Assembly (NCBI GenBank): GCA_000165425.1
Contig: CT868640.1
Location: 5,142 to 69,141 of the forward strand
Origin: Paramecium tetraurelia
Taxonomy: Eukaryota
DNA length: 64,000 bases
Reading direction: 5' to 3'
In this document: positions 1 through 12,312 of the stretch, one piece after another
Layout: each line of letters starts with the position of its first letter
How positions within the stretch are numbered: the stretch's first letter is position 1
Notes under the pieces: model-generated
Told to the model about the DNA's origin: nothing
What the model saw: only the letters and a program-made list of their open reading frames with translations
Database searches by the model: none
Made by a program: the position numbers and the translations under genes

Positions 1-3000
1 AAGATCTAAACTACCTGATGCTAATGTGCCATCCGCTGAGAAGCATACTGAATAGACAGTTTTATTATGACCTTTCAATTTAGCATATTGCTATCCTGTC
101 TAAACATCCCATAAAAGGATAAACTTATCATCGCTACCAGAAGCTAATTTCGTACCATCAGTTGAGAAGCATACTGAATAGACAGTAGAACAATGACCTT
201 CTAATTTCGCTTGTTATTATCCTGTCTTAACATCCCATAAACGGATAGATTTATCGTCACTACCAGAGGCTAATTTCGTACCATCAGCTGAGAAGCATAC
301 TGAATAGACAGTAGAACAATGACCTTCTAATTTCACTTGTTATTATCCTGTCTTAATATCCCATAAACAGATAGTTTTATCATCACTACCAGAGGCTAAT
401 TTCGTACCGTCAGCTGAGAAGCATACTGATCGGACAGCATCATTATGTCCTTATAAATTTGCTTTTAATTATTCTGTCTTAACATCCCATAAATGAATAG
501 AATTATCATTACCACCTGATGCTATAGTAAGGCAATCATAAGAGAAGGAAACTGAATAAATAGTATTCTAATGACCATCCAATGTTGTTTATTATTTTAC
601 TTTTTCAAAATTCCATAATCTAATAGAATGATCTCTACTACCAGATGCCAATAAAGTTCCACAGGAACAGAAGCTTACTGATTAGACATAACTAGTATGA
701 CCATTTAACTACTGTATTAATTCTCCATTCTTAGCATTCCATAAACGTACGGAAAAATCATTACTACCAGATGCTAATGTATTACTATCAGGAGAAAAGC
801 ATACTGATTGAATATTACTAGTATGTCCATTTAATACAGCTTTTTATTTCCCTGTCTTAACATCCCATAAACAGATAGATTTATCGTTACTACCAGATGC
901 TAATGTATTCCCATTTGGCGAGAAGCATACTGAGATAACTTCCTTTCGATGCCCAACTAATTTAAATCTTTGTTGATTCTCATTAAAATCCCATAAACAA
1001 ATAGAGTTATCATCGCTACCAGATGCTAGCATAGAACCATCAGTTGAGAAGCATACTGAATTAACACAATTACTGTGAGAACGAATTTTTAATATTTATT
1101 TTCCTGTATTAATCTGCCATAAACGTATAGAAATATCAGAACCTCCTGATGCTAATTTAGTACCATCTGGTGAAAAAGATACTGAATAAATAGTTCCATC
1201 ATGACCTTCCAATTATAATTTTTATTCACCTGATTCAACATCCCATAATCGAATAGACTAATCCCAACTTCCAGAAGCTAACATAGAACCATTAGGAGAA
1301 AAGCTAACTGATTAAACCTAATTAGTATGACCATCTAATTTAAATTTTTATTGTCCAGTCTTAACATCCCATAAACGTATTGAGTTATCTGCACTACTAG
1401 ACGCTAATAAGGTTCCATCAATTGAGAAACTAACGCAATAAACGGTTCCATCATGACCCTCTAACTCATTTTTTTATTATTTTGTCCTAACATCCCATAA
1501 ACGGATATCCTTATCCAAACTACCTGAAGCTAATAGAAAACCATTAGGAGAAAAGTTAACTGATTAAACCCAATTTGTGTGACCTTCTAATTTCTATATT
1601 TATTGCCCTATCTTAACATCCCATAAAATTATTGAATTATCTGCGCTACCAGAGGCTAATAAGGTGCCATCAGGGGAGAAGCTTACTGATTAAACCCAAT
1701 GAGTGTGACCGCCTAATTTTTATTTTTATTGTCCAGTTTTAGCATCCCATAACCGTATTGAGTTATCTAAGTAACGATCGGAGGCTCTGGCTGCATTCAA
1801 TGCCTCCCCATTTGCCCGCGAAGNNNNNNNNNNNNNNNNNNNNNNNNNNNNNNNNNNNNNNNNNNNNNNNNNNNNNNNNNNNNNNNNNNNNNNNNNNNNN
1901 NNNNNNNNNNNNNNNNNNNNNNNNNNNNNNNNNNNNNNNNNNNNNNNNNNNNNNNNNNNNNNNNNNNNNNNNNATAAAATTATTGAATTATAGCGATACA
2001 AGAGGATAATAAGGTGAAATAAGGGGAGAAGCTTACTGATTAAACCCAATGAGTGTGAAAGAAAAATTTTTATTTTTATTGTAAAGTTTTAGAATAAAAT
2101 AAAAGTATTGAGTTATCTGAACTACCAGAAGCTAATAAGGTAAAATAGGGAGAAAAGAATACTGATTAAACTGTATGAGTATGACCATCAAATTTTTGTT
2201 TTTATTATCCTGTCTTAAAGTCCCATAAACGTATTGAGTTATCTGCATTACCAGATGCTAATTCAGTACCATCAGGAGAGAAGCATACAGAATGAACCTA
2301 TGGAGTTTCATTGTCCATTTTCCATTTTTATTTTCCAATTTTTACATCCCATAAACGAATTGAGTTATCTATGCTACCAGACACTAATGAGGTACAATCA
2401 GGAGAAAAACATACTGATAACACAGAATTATTATGCCCATTTAATTTTTATTTTTACTTCCTTTTTTAAATATCCCATAAACGTATTGAATTATCTGCAC
2501 TACCAGATGCTAATATTTTACCATCAGAAGAGAAGCATACTGATAGCACATAATTAGTATGTCCGTTTAATTGGAAATCTTATTTTCCTTCCTTAACATT
2601 CCATATACTGATGGAGTGATCATAACTTCCAGATGCTAATAGTTCACCATTAGGAGAGAAACATACTGATCGTATTTACTCTCTATGACCATACACTTTA
2701 TTTAATTCATTTATTTATAGATTTATCCAATTACAATTAAATAACAAAGCTCCATTTAAATTTATTCCACTTATATCTACATTTTGAAATTAAGATCCAC
2801 TCAAATTACACATCGCAAAATTAGCTCCGATCAAAGATGTATCTTTAATATTTATATTTTCAAAGCATTACCCTTTTAGATCAACCTTCATCTATACTAA
2901 TAAATATAGTGAATTAGATCCACATTATATAAAGTTCTTTTCGATACTTGTGAAGAGAACTAAAAATTTTAAGAATTTGATAATCTTTTCTTCTTTTTGT

Positions 3001-3934
3001 ATACTTTTAATTAAGTTATTTCTCTTTTATAAGTAAACATCTGAGGAATAGTCCTCTTAATTAAAGTCAAGATCTTCTATATTATTGAGAACATTAGCAA
3101 TCAACTTTATATTCTTTTTTACAGTGTATAATCTTGATTATTATTCAATATATGATAAATTTTTAATTTCAGATATGTATTATTGGTATTGCTTTGGATT
3201 ACAGTCTTATAAAAGATATTTTAAACTATCTGTGATCGTCTCATTTCTTAATATTTGATTTATCACGCTATAGATTTAATCATCAATGTGTTTTGTCGTA
3301 GTCAAAACTTATTATATATCATCTTTCCATTCATAAACCTACTCTTTTTGTTTAATTTATAAGACACTTTATTAGATTTATATAGTTACTTTATTAAAGA
3401 TGTAATTCCTTTCATTTCCGTATTTAACTTTTAACTGAAAGCTTAAATTTCTTGATTCCACCAATTCTTCCTCTCTTCCAATTATATCAAATAGATTTTT
3501 TTCACTTCATTCCAATCATTTAAAGTATGTCCTCTTTCAATTTCTATTAATTTTTCTAAGTTAGCAATTGACAATTCTGCTAGATTTTTATCTTCTTCGA
3601 GGAAATTTAAATATGATTTATCTTCCATCTCAATCATATTATAAATTTATTTTATTGAATCTTATAATTCTTCCAAAGTTTTCTTTATCATATGTTCAGT
3701 TTCAGAGAACATTAATTTAAAATTTATTTCTTATTCCCTTAATTCAAGTGTCTAATCAATTTAGTGCATTTATAATTTCTTAACTACCTATTCTCGAAAT
3801 TACTCTAGAGGAATAGTTTTTTTTAAAACAGTCTTATGCTCATTTAGGCAACTAACACAAAGTTTCCTTTAACATTTGTGATTAACAGTGCATATCATGA
3901 CTATTGGAAACGTTGGATGATAAATGCAATTCAT
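1..3934 (-). CDS. Cys/His Zn-finger + coiled-coil + pentapeptide-repeat + multi-WD40 protein (3' end runs off window; spans assembly gap)
   Basis: ATG at 3934 gives [33 protein letters not shown]. Then [65 protein letters not shown] (pentapeptide-like), then about 20 units of 126 nt, GH..V.SVCFS.DG..LASGS.D.SI.LWDVKTG. Probable 23-nt intron near 3367-3389. Confidence 0.9.
143..520. repeat. Near-identical 126-nt tandem WD40-coding units
   Basis: The motif gctaatttcgtacc recurs at 143, 269 and 395. Units 143-268 and 269-394 differ at about 6 of 126 positions by manual comparison. Confidence 0.9.
1824..1973. other. Assembly gap (N run) with low-quality flanks
   Basis: 150 Ns. Left flank 1771-1823 is GC-rich and not WD40-like. 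Right flank is a C-to-A degraded copy of 1623-1770. Confidence 0.95.
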
Positions 3935-5453
3935 AGTTAGAATATTATATTTTGAATTTCTATTACTTTTATTTGATTATATTATGGCCTAAAATATGTT
4001 ACAATAAATTTAGAACAGAAGGAAGTATTTGTTAAACTTTTAAACTGCAAATAACATAATTCGAACTCGCACTAATAATAATACTATGTTTTTGTTAAAT
4101 TACATCACTTTAGAAAATTAATGAAATTTTAATTCTAACCAACAAAACAAGGTAGGTTAATATCTAAACAATATTCATCAATTTCAATTTTAATTCTTAA
4201 GCTTATGATGATTGTAACTTTAAGAGACAATTCAATTGAATTTAAGCTTTAATTTCATCAAACAAGCGATCTTATTGAAATATTCTATTTTAAGGATTTA
4301 AGTTCAATTTCAAAAATAAATAACCTTATTATGTTTTTTTATTGAAATTTATTTTAAATAAATATCATTTATAGACTTATATAATCTTCAATAATATCAG
4401 TAGTACTATTATTTCATTCACCTTAAGAACTGAAAAAGTGTAACACTTGAATATCTGAATTTCTATTTTAAAAAATTCCAAATGGATGTATCATATCGTA
4501 TGGAATTTTCGCATGCAGAGCAGCAACCATAAACCCAACCATGGATTAAAATTAAAGCTCAACTGAAAAGTGATATGGATGATAAGTTTTAAATATCTAA
4601 CTTTCCACTATTTCATTCTAATGCAATTTTATAAACCTAAATATGACAACCTATTAATAAAAACCTTTTGGTTTTATTCTTATTAATTATCCTTCTAGAA
4701 TTTGTGTAGGAACTACCTAATAAAAATCGACAATTTATAATTAATTTAATTGTATATGTTTCATAAGACAGAAATAAAATATTTATTATAATGTTAAGTT
4801 TAGATTTCACAATTCAATAAGATTAATGTTGTTTAAATAATTTGTAAAATGAATCTAACAATTAGTTCATCTTCATTTCAAAACATTTCGGATCCACTTT
4901 ATAATTTATAGGAACAAAATGTGTTTCATAAGAAAGCGGATCAAATTAGATATCCGCTTTACAATTTATAGATTTTGACCCTAAATAAAAAATCAATTTT
5001 GAGAAAAGCCAAGTATCATGTGTAGACAAGATATATAATAAAAAGATAAATTTAAGATGAATCTTTGAGGTTTAATTTAAGGAATAAAATAAAAGTGGAT
5101 TATTTTTAAATGTTTTAAGAAAAAAAAAAAATATGAAATATTCAAATTGATTAAATTCTTTCAATTGGATTTTAAGCAATTAATAATGGAAAAATAAAGA
5201 GACAAATACTAACTTGATTATTAAGTGGATAGCAGATACACAACCCATTGATATTGATTTAAAACTTTTTAAAATAGGGAAATAGCAAGATTGCTATAAG
5301 ATTTTGAGAGACTTATGATATCCATCAAACTTAATGATATTAATATCATCTTATTTACAGCAAGCGATTAAATCAAATATCAAATATAACTTATTGAATT
5401 TTTAGTTCATTAGATTATAAAATTAATTATTTTATTTATTTATTTATTTTTTA

Positions 5454-7289
5454 ATGTCTGAAGAAAATGATGAATCATTCAATCAATAAGAACCTCATAT
5501 TAAGTTAATTAAGGCCATTAAATAAAATAATATTCAATAAATCAATAGCTTAATTTAATAAGCGAAAAATGAGAATATTGACATAATCAATTACTAGATC
5601 AGATATTAACCAATTCATTTAGCAGTATGGATAGGTAATATGAAAATCTTTTTACTCTTAATTTAAAATGGGGCAAACGTAGATGCAATATCTGATAATC
5701 ATATGAATTGCTTAACGATTGCTGTCTACAGATAACATGTTAATTTAGTTTAAGCATTGATAGCAAATATCAAAGATCCAAATTACTTATCAAAAAGAGG
5801 GACTGCCTTGCATATCGCAGCCTAATACGATAATGAAGAAATAATGGCACTATTACTCAAGCATCCAAAAATTGATATCAATCTTAAATTCAAGAATTAG
5901 ACACCAATTTNNNNNNNNNNNNNNNNNNNNNNNNNNNNNNNNNNNNNNNNNNNNNNNNNNNNNNNNNNNNNNNNNNNNNNNNNNNNNNNNNNNNNNNNNN
6001 NNNNTGAAGACAGATCAGGGATAACAATAAAGCAGTATGGTATGGCTTTCAAAGCAATGATATAGCAACAAGTTGGAAAGAAAGATTGGAATACGCAAGA
6101 CAATATTATTAGCATTTCACTAATAAATATGTAAACTGTTATTCAAAAGATAATGATAAAAGAGCCACATAATATTTCTATTACGAAATGGAATTAAAGA
6201 CAAAATTGCAGTTAATTGAAATAAAAGATCCTAATTAGATTGTTTAAAATTTCAATAAAAATTCATCAAATTTACTTAATTTTTAATAAGATCATTAAGA
6301 ACAATTAATTTAATAATCAATAAAATTGAGTGACTTTAAAATTTTAACTTGTATTGGAAAAGGATCATTTGGATATGTTTATGAAGTTGAATTAAAAGAT
6401 AAAGTCTGGGCTTTGAAGCAACAAGATAAATGAAGATTAAAGCAATCAAATAATTTGGACTATGTTTTGACTGAGGTTAAGATTTTGAGAACAATTAATC
6501 ACCCTTTTATTGTAAACTATTTAATGTGTAATAAATGATTTATGACTATTTTAGCTTTTCAGACAACAAAGAATTTGTATTTAGTGCTAGAATTATTGTA
6601 ATAGGGGGATCTAGCAATGTTTATGACGAGAGGTGTAATCCTTGATTTGAATATCAGCAGATTATTAATTGGATAAATAGTCCTTGCTATTGAGCATTTG
6701 CATAAGCACGATATACTATACAGGGATCTAAAGCCAGAAAATATTTGCATAGATGCTTCAAGTTATATAAAACTAATAGATTTTGGGTTGTGTAAATATA
6801 TAACTGAGAATGAATTAACATATACACTGTGTGGATCTCCAGCTTACCTTGCACCAGAAGTTCTCAACAATAATGGAATATCAAAGTCAACAGATGTCTA
6901 CTAAATAGGTTTGTTATTATATGAAATGCTTACTGGATATCCTCCATTTTATACAAGAGAGATAAATGTATTAATCAATCGAATAAAAAATGGTATTTTG
7001 CACATTTATTTAGAATCTATATATATCCCAATGAATCTAAATGAGGATGCTTAGGATCTTTTAAAGTTAATTTTAAAAAGGAATGCTTTGGAGAGAATAA
7101 ACATTGAGTAAATGAAAAAGACATAAGTTTTTTGAAAATTTAGATTGGAACTTATTGGAAAAAAAGGAGATCAAAATTCCATAGCTAATTAAAGTTTTCC
7201 CTTAATCTCAAAAAGCTAGAAAAGACTTAGTTGATTCTGATTATTGTCTTAATGATTATATTTAAGATTGGGATTTTAGTACCGTATGA
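5454..7289 (+). pseudogene. Ankyrin-repeat + PH-like + AGC-type Ser/Thr kinase, apparently disrupted (pseudogene or sequencing errors)
   Basis: MSEENDESF start. Ankyrin motifs QPIHLAVWIGN and GTALHIAAQYDNEEIMALLL. PH-like helix FQSNDIATSWKERLE. Kinase motifs [18 protein letters not shown] and [10 protein letters not shown]. In-frame TGA at 6431-6433 and an extra A at ~7115-7119. Intron at 6528-6554 and a probable one at 6993-7013. Confidence 0.75.
5911..6004. other. Assembly gap
   Basis: Run of Ns inside the ankyrin-kinase gene. Confidence 0.98.
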
Positions 7290-9313
7290 GAGGCTTGAAC
7301 ATAAAATATGCAATAAATTTAAATCAGATATTTTTCATAATACTATTACGATTATGTTAAAATTAGACTTAGACTATAAATCAGTATTTTCAACATAAAA
7401 ATTTCTCTTTTCATAATTTACTTAATTCTTCAATATAAGAGTTTCTTCATTCTCATTCTATACTTGAATAGGTACAATAGGAAAAAAATCCTGTAACTAG
7501 AGTTAAAGGATTATGATTATAAATTTAATTAAGTTTTCGAATAAGTTTGAGTGAATATTAATATCATCGTCTTTTATATTGATTAAACTAAAATCTTACT
7601 AAATAATCAAGATGAAATATTGCATGTAATTTCTGCTAGCAGTTATATAGCATATTTCAAATTCAATTATAGAAATTAAAATGAGCTATTATAATGTAAT
7701 TATGAAAATTAATAATTTTTTATCTAATCAAACTCTATTCTTTCGATGAATCAATGGTGATTTAATTTCTAGCTAAGTAATTAAAAATGGTAGATACATT
7801 ATGAATAGATTGATTAGACTAAATGAATAGCAACTAAATACAATTGAATTAGCTAGTGAATTGGAATTATGCAACCAAGCTTACTTGAATTCATCTCAAC
7901 TACAAATGAAGGAGGTTCAGATAACATTATTTAGGTAAGTTAATGAAATAGTTGTTTAAAGCAGAACTCTTTGGCAATCAATATACAATAATGAATTATA
8001 ATTGACAGATGAATCGCAAGGCAACAGAATAAGATTATAGAATCATTATTTGTTTAATACGAACTTTAAATATTAACTTTCAGAAGGACTTTAATTGTGA
8101 GAAATCGAAAAATTTTCATATTCCTTTATTCATCAGGACTTTGATCATTGTTGTCTAATTATTTAAAATAAAAATTATTTAATCAATCTTATTCTGAATT
8201 TGAGCTAGCTAAAGTACTAATATAATTGATTTTTTAAATATTTCTACATTGAAAAAGATATTAAACACTGAAGAACATTGGTTCAAAATATGCATTCATA
8301 AAGTTCTAATGTCACTTAAATTGACAAACTAGATAATTTGCAAAGAATTATATCAATGCAATTGAATAGAACAAATAAATTCGGAATGCGAAAAATCACA
8401 ATGTGTAACTACTTAAATTATACAAATTATCTGATTATAGTAAATACTTTAAACAAACATTTTCTATTAAATCAAATATTCTTTTTCTATGAACAACAAT
8501 TTCAAACAAAATCTTCTATATTTTGACTAATTCAAATTTATTTTTTAATTGATTTATTTAGTACTTTGAGATTTCATTTCCATTCTACTGTCAATTCATT
8601 GATTTACTCAAATAATTACTAATTCTGAATATTGAGGGCCTTAGTCTATTTATCAGACTTTCTTTCCAATTCACACCTCTCATGGCATACTTATTAAACA
8701 TTTCTAATATTGATATCATAGCCTAAATTCTGAGTAATATATGAATTTTCAGACTTAATAGAGATGTTAACTGTATTCAACATTCTTATTGTAATTCAAA
8801 TATGGGGATTTTTAACACTTCTTATTCTTTAATTATCATCTAGCCTTCTATGAAAAGCTTACAAAAAATTCTAATGCATCATGTATATTACTAAGAACTT
8901 AATTTAATGTAATTGCAAAATCACTCATCAAGATTGATTTAACCCTTCAGATTGATTTCATGATTATTGACAAAATAAAATGCCTCTGCTAGTCGACCAA
9001 AAACTGCACTTAATTACACTTCATTTCAAATACTAATTCCAATAACAATTGTTCTCAATTTTGGTTTAACCTAGAAATGAAAAAATATAATAGTTAATAC
9101 TATCTGAAAATTTTATTAATTAAGTTTATTAAAAAGAATTTTTAATCATAAATTAGAACTTTCCAACTTATCAGAAAAGCTACTTAAACATGAATTAATT
9201 GGTAAACCTACAAATCTTTAGAAAATAGTAAAGGTGAATCTATAAAATTATGTGTTTATTTAGTTTTATCTTAAATAAAAGTTGGATTAATTATCTTTTA
9301 TTAAATTTTTAAT

Positions 9314-10318
9314 ATGATTACTTTGGCAAAAAAATCTATAGATTAAGATTATGAAATATTAATAAAGAAGAGCATCTATAAGAAAAAGCAAAAAAATTAA
9401 TATAATACAAAGGATGACAAGTTTTAGGATTACTTTTTTGAATAAAATAAATTGAAAGTATGTAAATTAGTGGACTTTATCCAAATAAGTATACCAAAGT
9501 AGTTAATGGTGGATAATATTTTTAGATTGAAATCAAATGTATAAATACCAAGAAATAGTGATAACCAATATTAACTTGGGTAACTCAATAATGACTTTTA
9601 TTGTTACAATTATAAAATCAATAGAATTGATAGGCAAGGTAGTATTACAACAGTTACATTCGACCCCATTTAGAGGTGTTTTACTCCTGTTGAAAATGTT
9701 ATTGAAATCTTTGGCAGTAGAAGTGAAGTATTAAAATAATCATTCGAGAAATTGCATAGCAAAAAATTAGATTCAACCCAATACAAAGTAATGAAGGAAT
9801 TAGATTTGCTTAATTTTGAAAATGCAATTAATAAACCATGTACTGGTTATATATCAAAAGTATTTGAAGGCTAAGTAATAACTCAATAACGATTCATGAA
9901 TGATCTTTATTTAAATGCCATAGGCATTAACTCTGAAATGGCAGTACGCCATGCCATGGAAACAGGTTTTTTGCCTATTCCTTTATACTTTTCAGAAGAT
10001 AATAGTAGTGGGTAACATTTAAGCAATTTCTTTATTTTAAACACTTTCAATCAGTCAGTTAACAATATGCAAGTTTGCAATTATAATGGTTAACAATTTC
10101 CTGTTAAGATTACGTTTCACAACTATTATTGTTACAAGGAAACTGAAAAGTGTTATTATGAATATTTATTTTTTATATGGGATATCGACAAAAAGTGGTT
10201 ATCAAAGCAAAGGGTACACGAAAATTACTTAGACTATTTTAATTTAAAAAGTAGTCCAGAATCTTAAAACCAAATATACTATAATTCCGATTAAAGGTGC
10301 GGATACAGAAATATTTGA
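9314..10318 (+). CDS. Hypothetical protein, 334 aa, intronless
   Basis: Uninterrupted ciliate-code ORF MITLAKKSIDQDYE...YEYLFFIWDIDKKWL...QRCGYRNI-TGA. No recognised domain. Confidence 0.75.
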
Positions 10319-11970
10319 CAAATTAGTTAATAATATTAATTATATATTAATATACAAATAATTGAAGATTCTTGACATTATAATTGTTATCATCTTAGAT
10401 GCTTGATAATGATATTAATTGTTTAATACAATTATATTCCTATGAGAACTAATAAAATGTTATCATCATCCAGATTACATAAAATAGATTATTTGCTAGG
10501 AAGCCTACATATTGTAAATTTCTTAAACTCCATATTTCTTTTCTATTTCACAATAAGCATAGAGTTGTTCAGCAAAAAGATAGTATCCAAAATATTCTTT
10601 TTTTTATTGATTTTGATATAACAATTTTAGAATATTTATCACAAATAGCATCAAATTTTCTTCCAGAAAGATATCTAATAAATGACAAATCCATACTTAT
10701 TTTAAACTGTGGTTAGATTCAAACACAAATACAAGTCAAATTCTAAACATCAACAATAGGATTTTATCAATCAAATATGACCAACATTTAATTCTTTCAT
10801 TTAATTGATGCCTTTTAAATATGATTTATTTCATTTCTATCACAATTAATCAGCATAGTTCCATGACTTCCTTAAATTAATTGTCTTAAAAATTAAAAAT
10901 CTATATTTGATTTCAAATAAAGAGATAGTTATAGGCAATCTAAATAAAAATATCGAGCTGATATTATAATCTATTGAAACATTTAAGGTATCTAGCTTGA
11001 TTTAATTTTAATCTTATAAATTTTTTTTCTTTCATTCTTCAAAAGTCTTTATCAGTTCTTTAACAACTTATTAGTTTAATAATCCTTAAGAATCAGATTT
11101 ATTCAATCTATTATCAAAATATTAAATCAGCAATTTACTTCAATTTAACAATCGATAAGCTCAATATCTCTTTTCATAAATGCACAATAGTAATTTACAC
11201 ACGATTTCTGAGATGGGATATTGACATTTAATCAAAGGATAGATCAACAAAAGATCAATTTTATAGTTACGAGAAATTGAACATTTTAATAAGCATGAGT
11301 TATAAAAATTCTGTTTATTTAAGTAATAAACATTAAAAAAGAACAACTTTTTTTTAAATCTCTAAACGAGACCAAAGGAGAAAAGATAATATAAGGATTT
11401 TATCTAACAAATTGGACAAAATCAAACATTCATTAAATCCCTCTCGTTATGATTGAAGAGTTACAATCCTAAGACCATTATCTCATCTAAAGGTAAGAAT
11501 GATATCTCATAGAGAATATTTGGTTATTAGGATAATTAGCTGTATTAAAATTTTAAGAGTAACTTTAGAGCCTGTTTTTCACACCCTAAACAGATTAAAC
11601 CTGGGTTTGGTTTTCATGCTGTTATTTTTCCACTAATATTGAATTGATTCTCAAGAATACTAAAAACTATAATTGGAAAAAAATCTTCTAAATCCATATC
11701 CAATAATACTATTTTTGAAGTTTTATCTTTAAAATACTTCATGAGAAACTTCTGCGCATCATTCATACAATGTCTTTATTTCTTCAAAATATGATGTATA
11801 AAAGTATATAAATGCAAAATCTACATTCTCTAGACTCTATTCCTCATGCAAAAAGATTCATAATCCGTTCAAGTTGTACATCTTGTAAGGGTTAAAATGA
11901 TGGAAATTTTTAAGAATTTTCTAGTTGAATAAATAAATTATATATTTTTTTATATTCATGAAATTGTTGT

Positions 11971-12042
11971 TGTGGAGAATTATATGATGAAGGAGGAAAA
12001 GGCATTACAATTGGGAAGTGAGTAGAGGAGATTAATTGGTTT
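11971..12042 (+). pseudogene. Relic of Paramecium GGG.YDE.G.G.K.G.W repeat (MORN-variant-like) family gene
   Basis: Reads CGELYDEGGKGITIGK*VEEINWF. The family's conserved Trp codon appears as TGA at 12019-12021, and there is no surrounding ORF. Confidence 0.55.
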
Positions 12043-12312
12043 AAGTTTATTTCGAAATAATAAGACATCGCAAATGGAATATTTCTCATCTGATCAACAG
12101 CATTAGATTTACTATTTTCTAAATTTCTTATAGTTTTCTAATTAATAAAATATAAATAGTAAAAGCCTTTGATATTTGAGACGATAACAATGTTGGATGG
12201 TATTTGGTTTATTTGATGAAAATGTAGAAGGATAATCTCCATTGTAGTGTTATTTCTTCAATATGATATTATACTTTTATGTTATTACATTAAACATAAA
12301 AATTCTTCTTTA

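Noticed and set aside
143..520. CRISPR-like or satellite array
   Set aside because: Units are in-frame 42-codon WD40 repeats with no spacer structure.
1726..2049. ORF-track entries spanning N runs (also 5897-6115 and 44558-44764)
   Set aside because: Artefacts of gaps and of the wrong genetic code.
2234..2557. Antisense ORFs in the track (also 41221-41496, 48643-48948 and 58561-58875)
   Set aside because: Shadows of genuine opposite-strand genes; no independent motifs.
4205..5400. Protein-coding gene between the WD40 and ankyrin-kinase genes
   Set aside because: Only short frames broken by TGA; I could not build a consistent start, splice pattern or domain.
6431..6433. Selenocysteine or programmed readthrough at the in-frame TGA
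   Set aside because: The position is not a catalytic or Cys site, I recognised no SECIS, and a separate frameshift exists in the same gene.
11583..11615. Telomere-like motifs (ccctaaac, gggtttgg)
   Set aside because: Isolated partial units, not a tandem TT(T/G)GGG tract.
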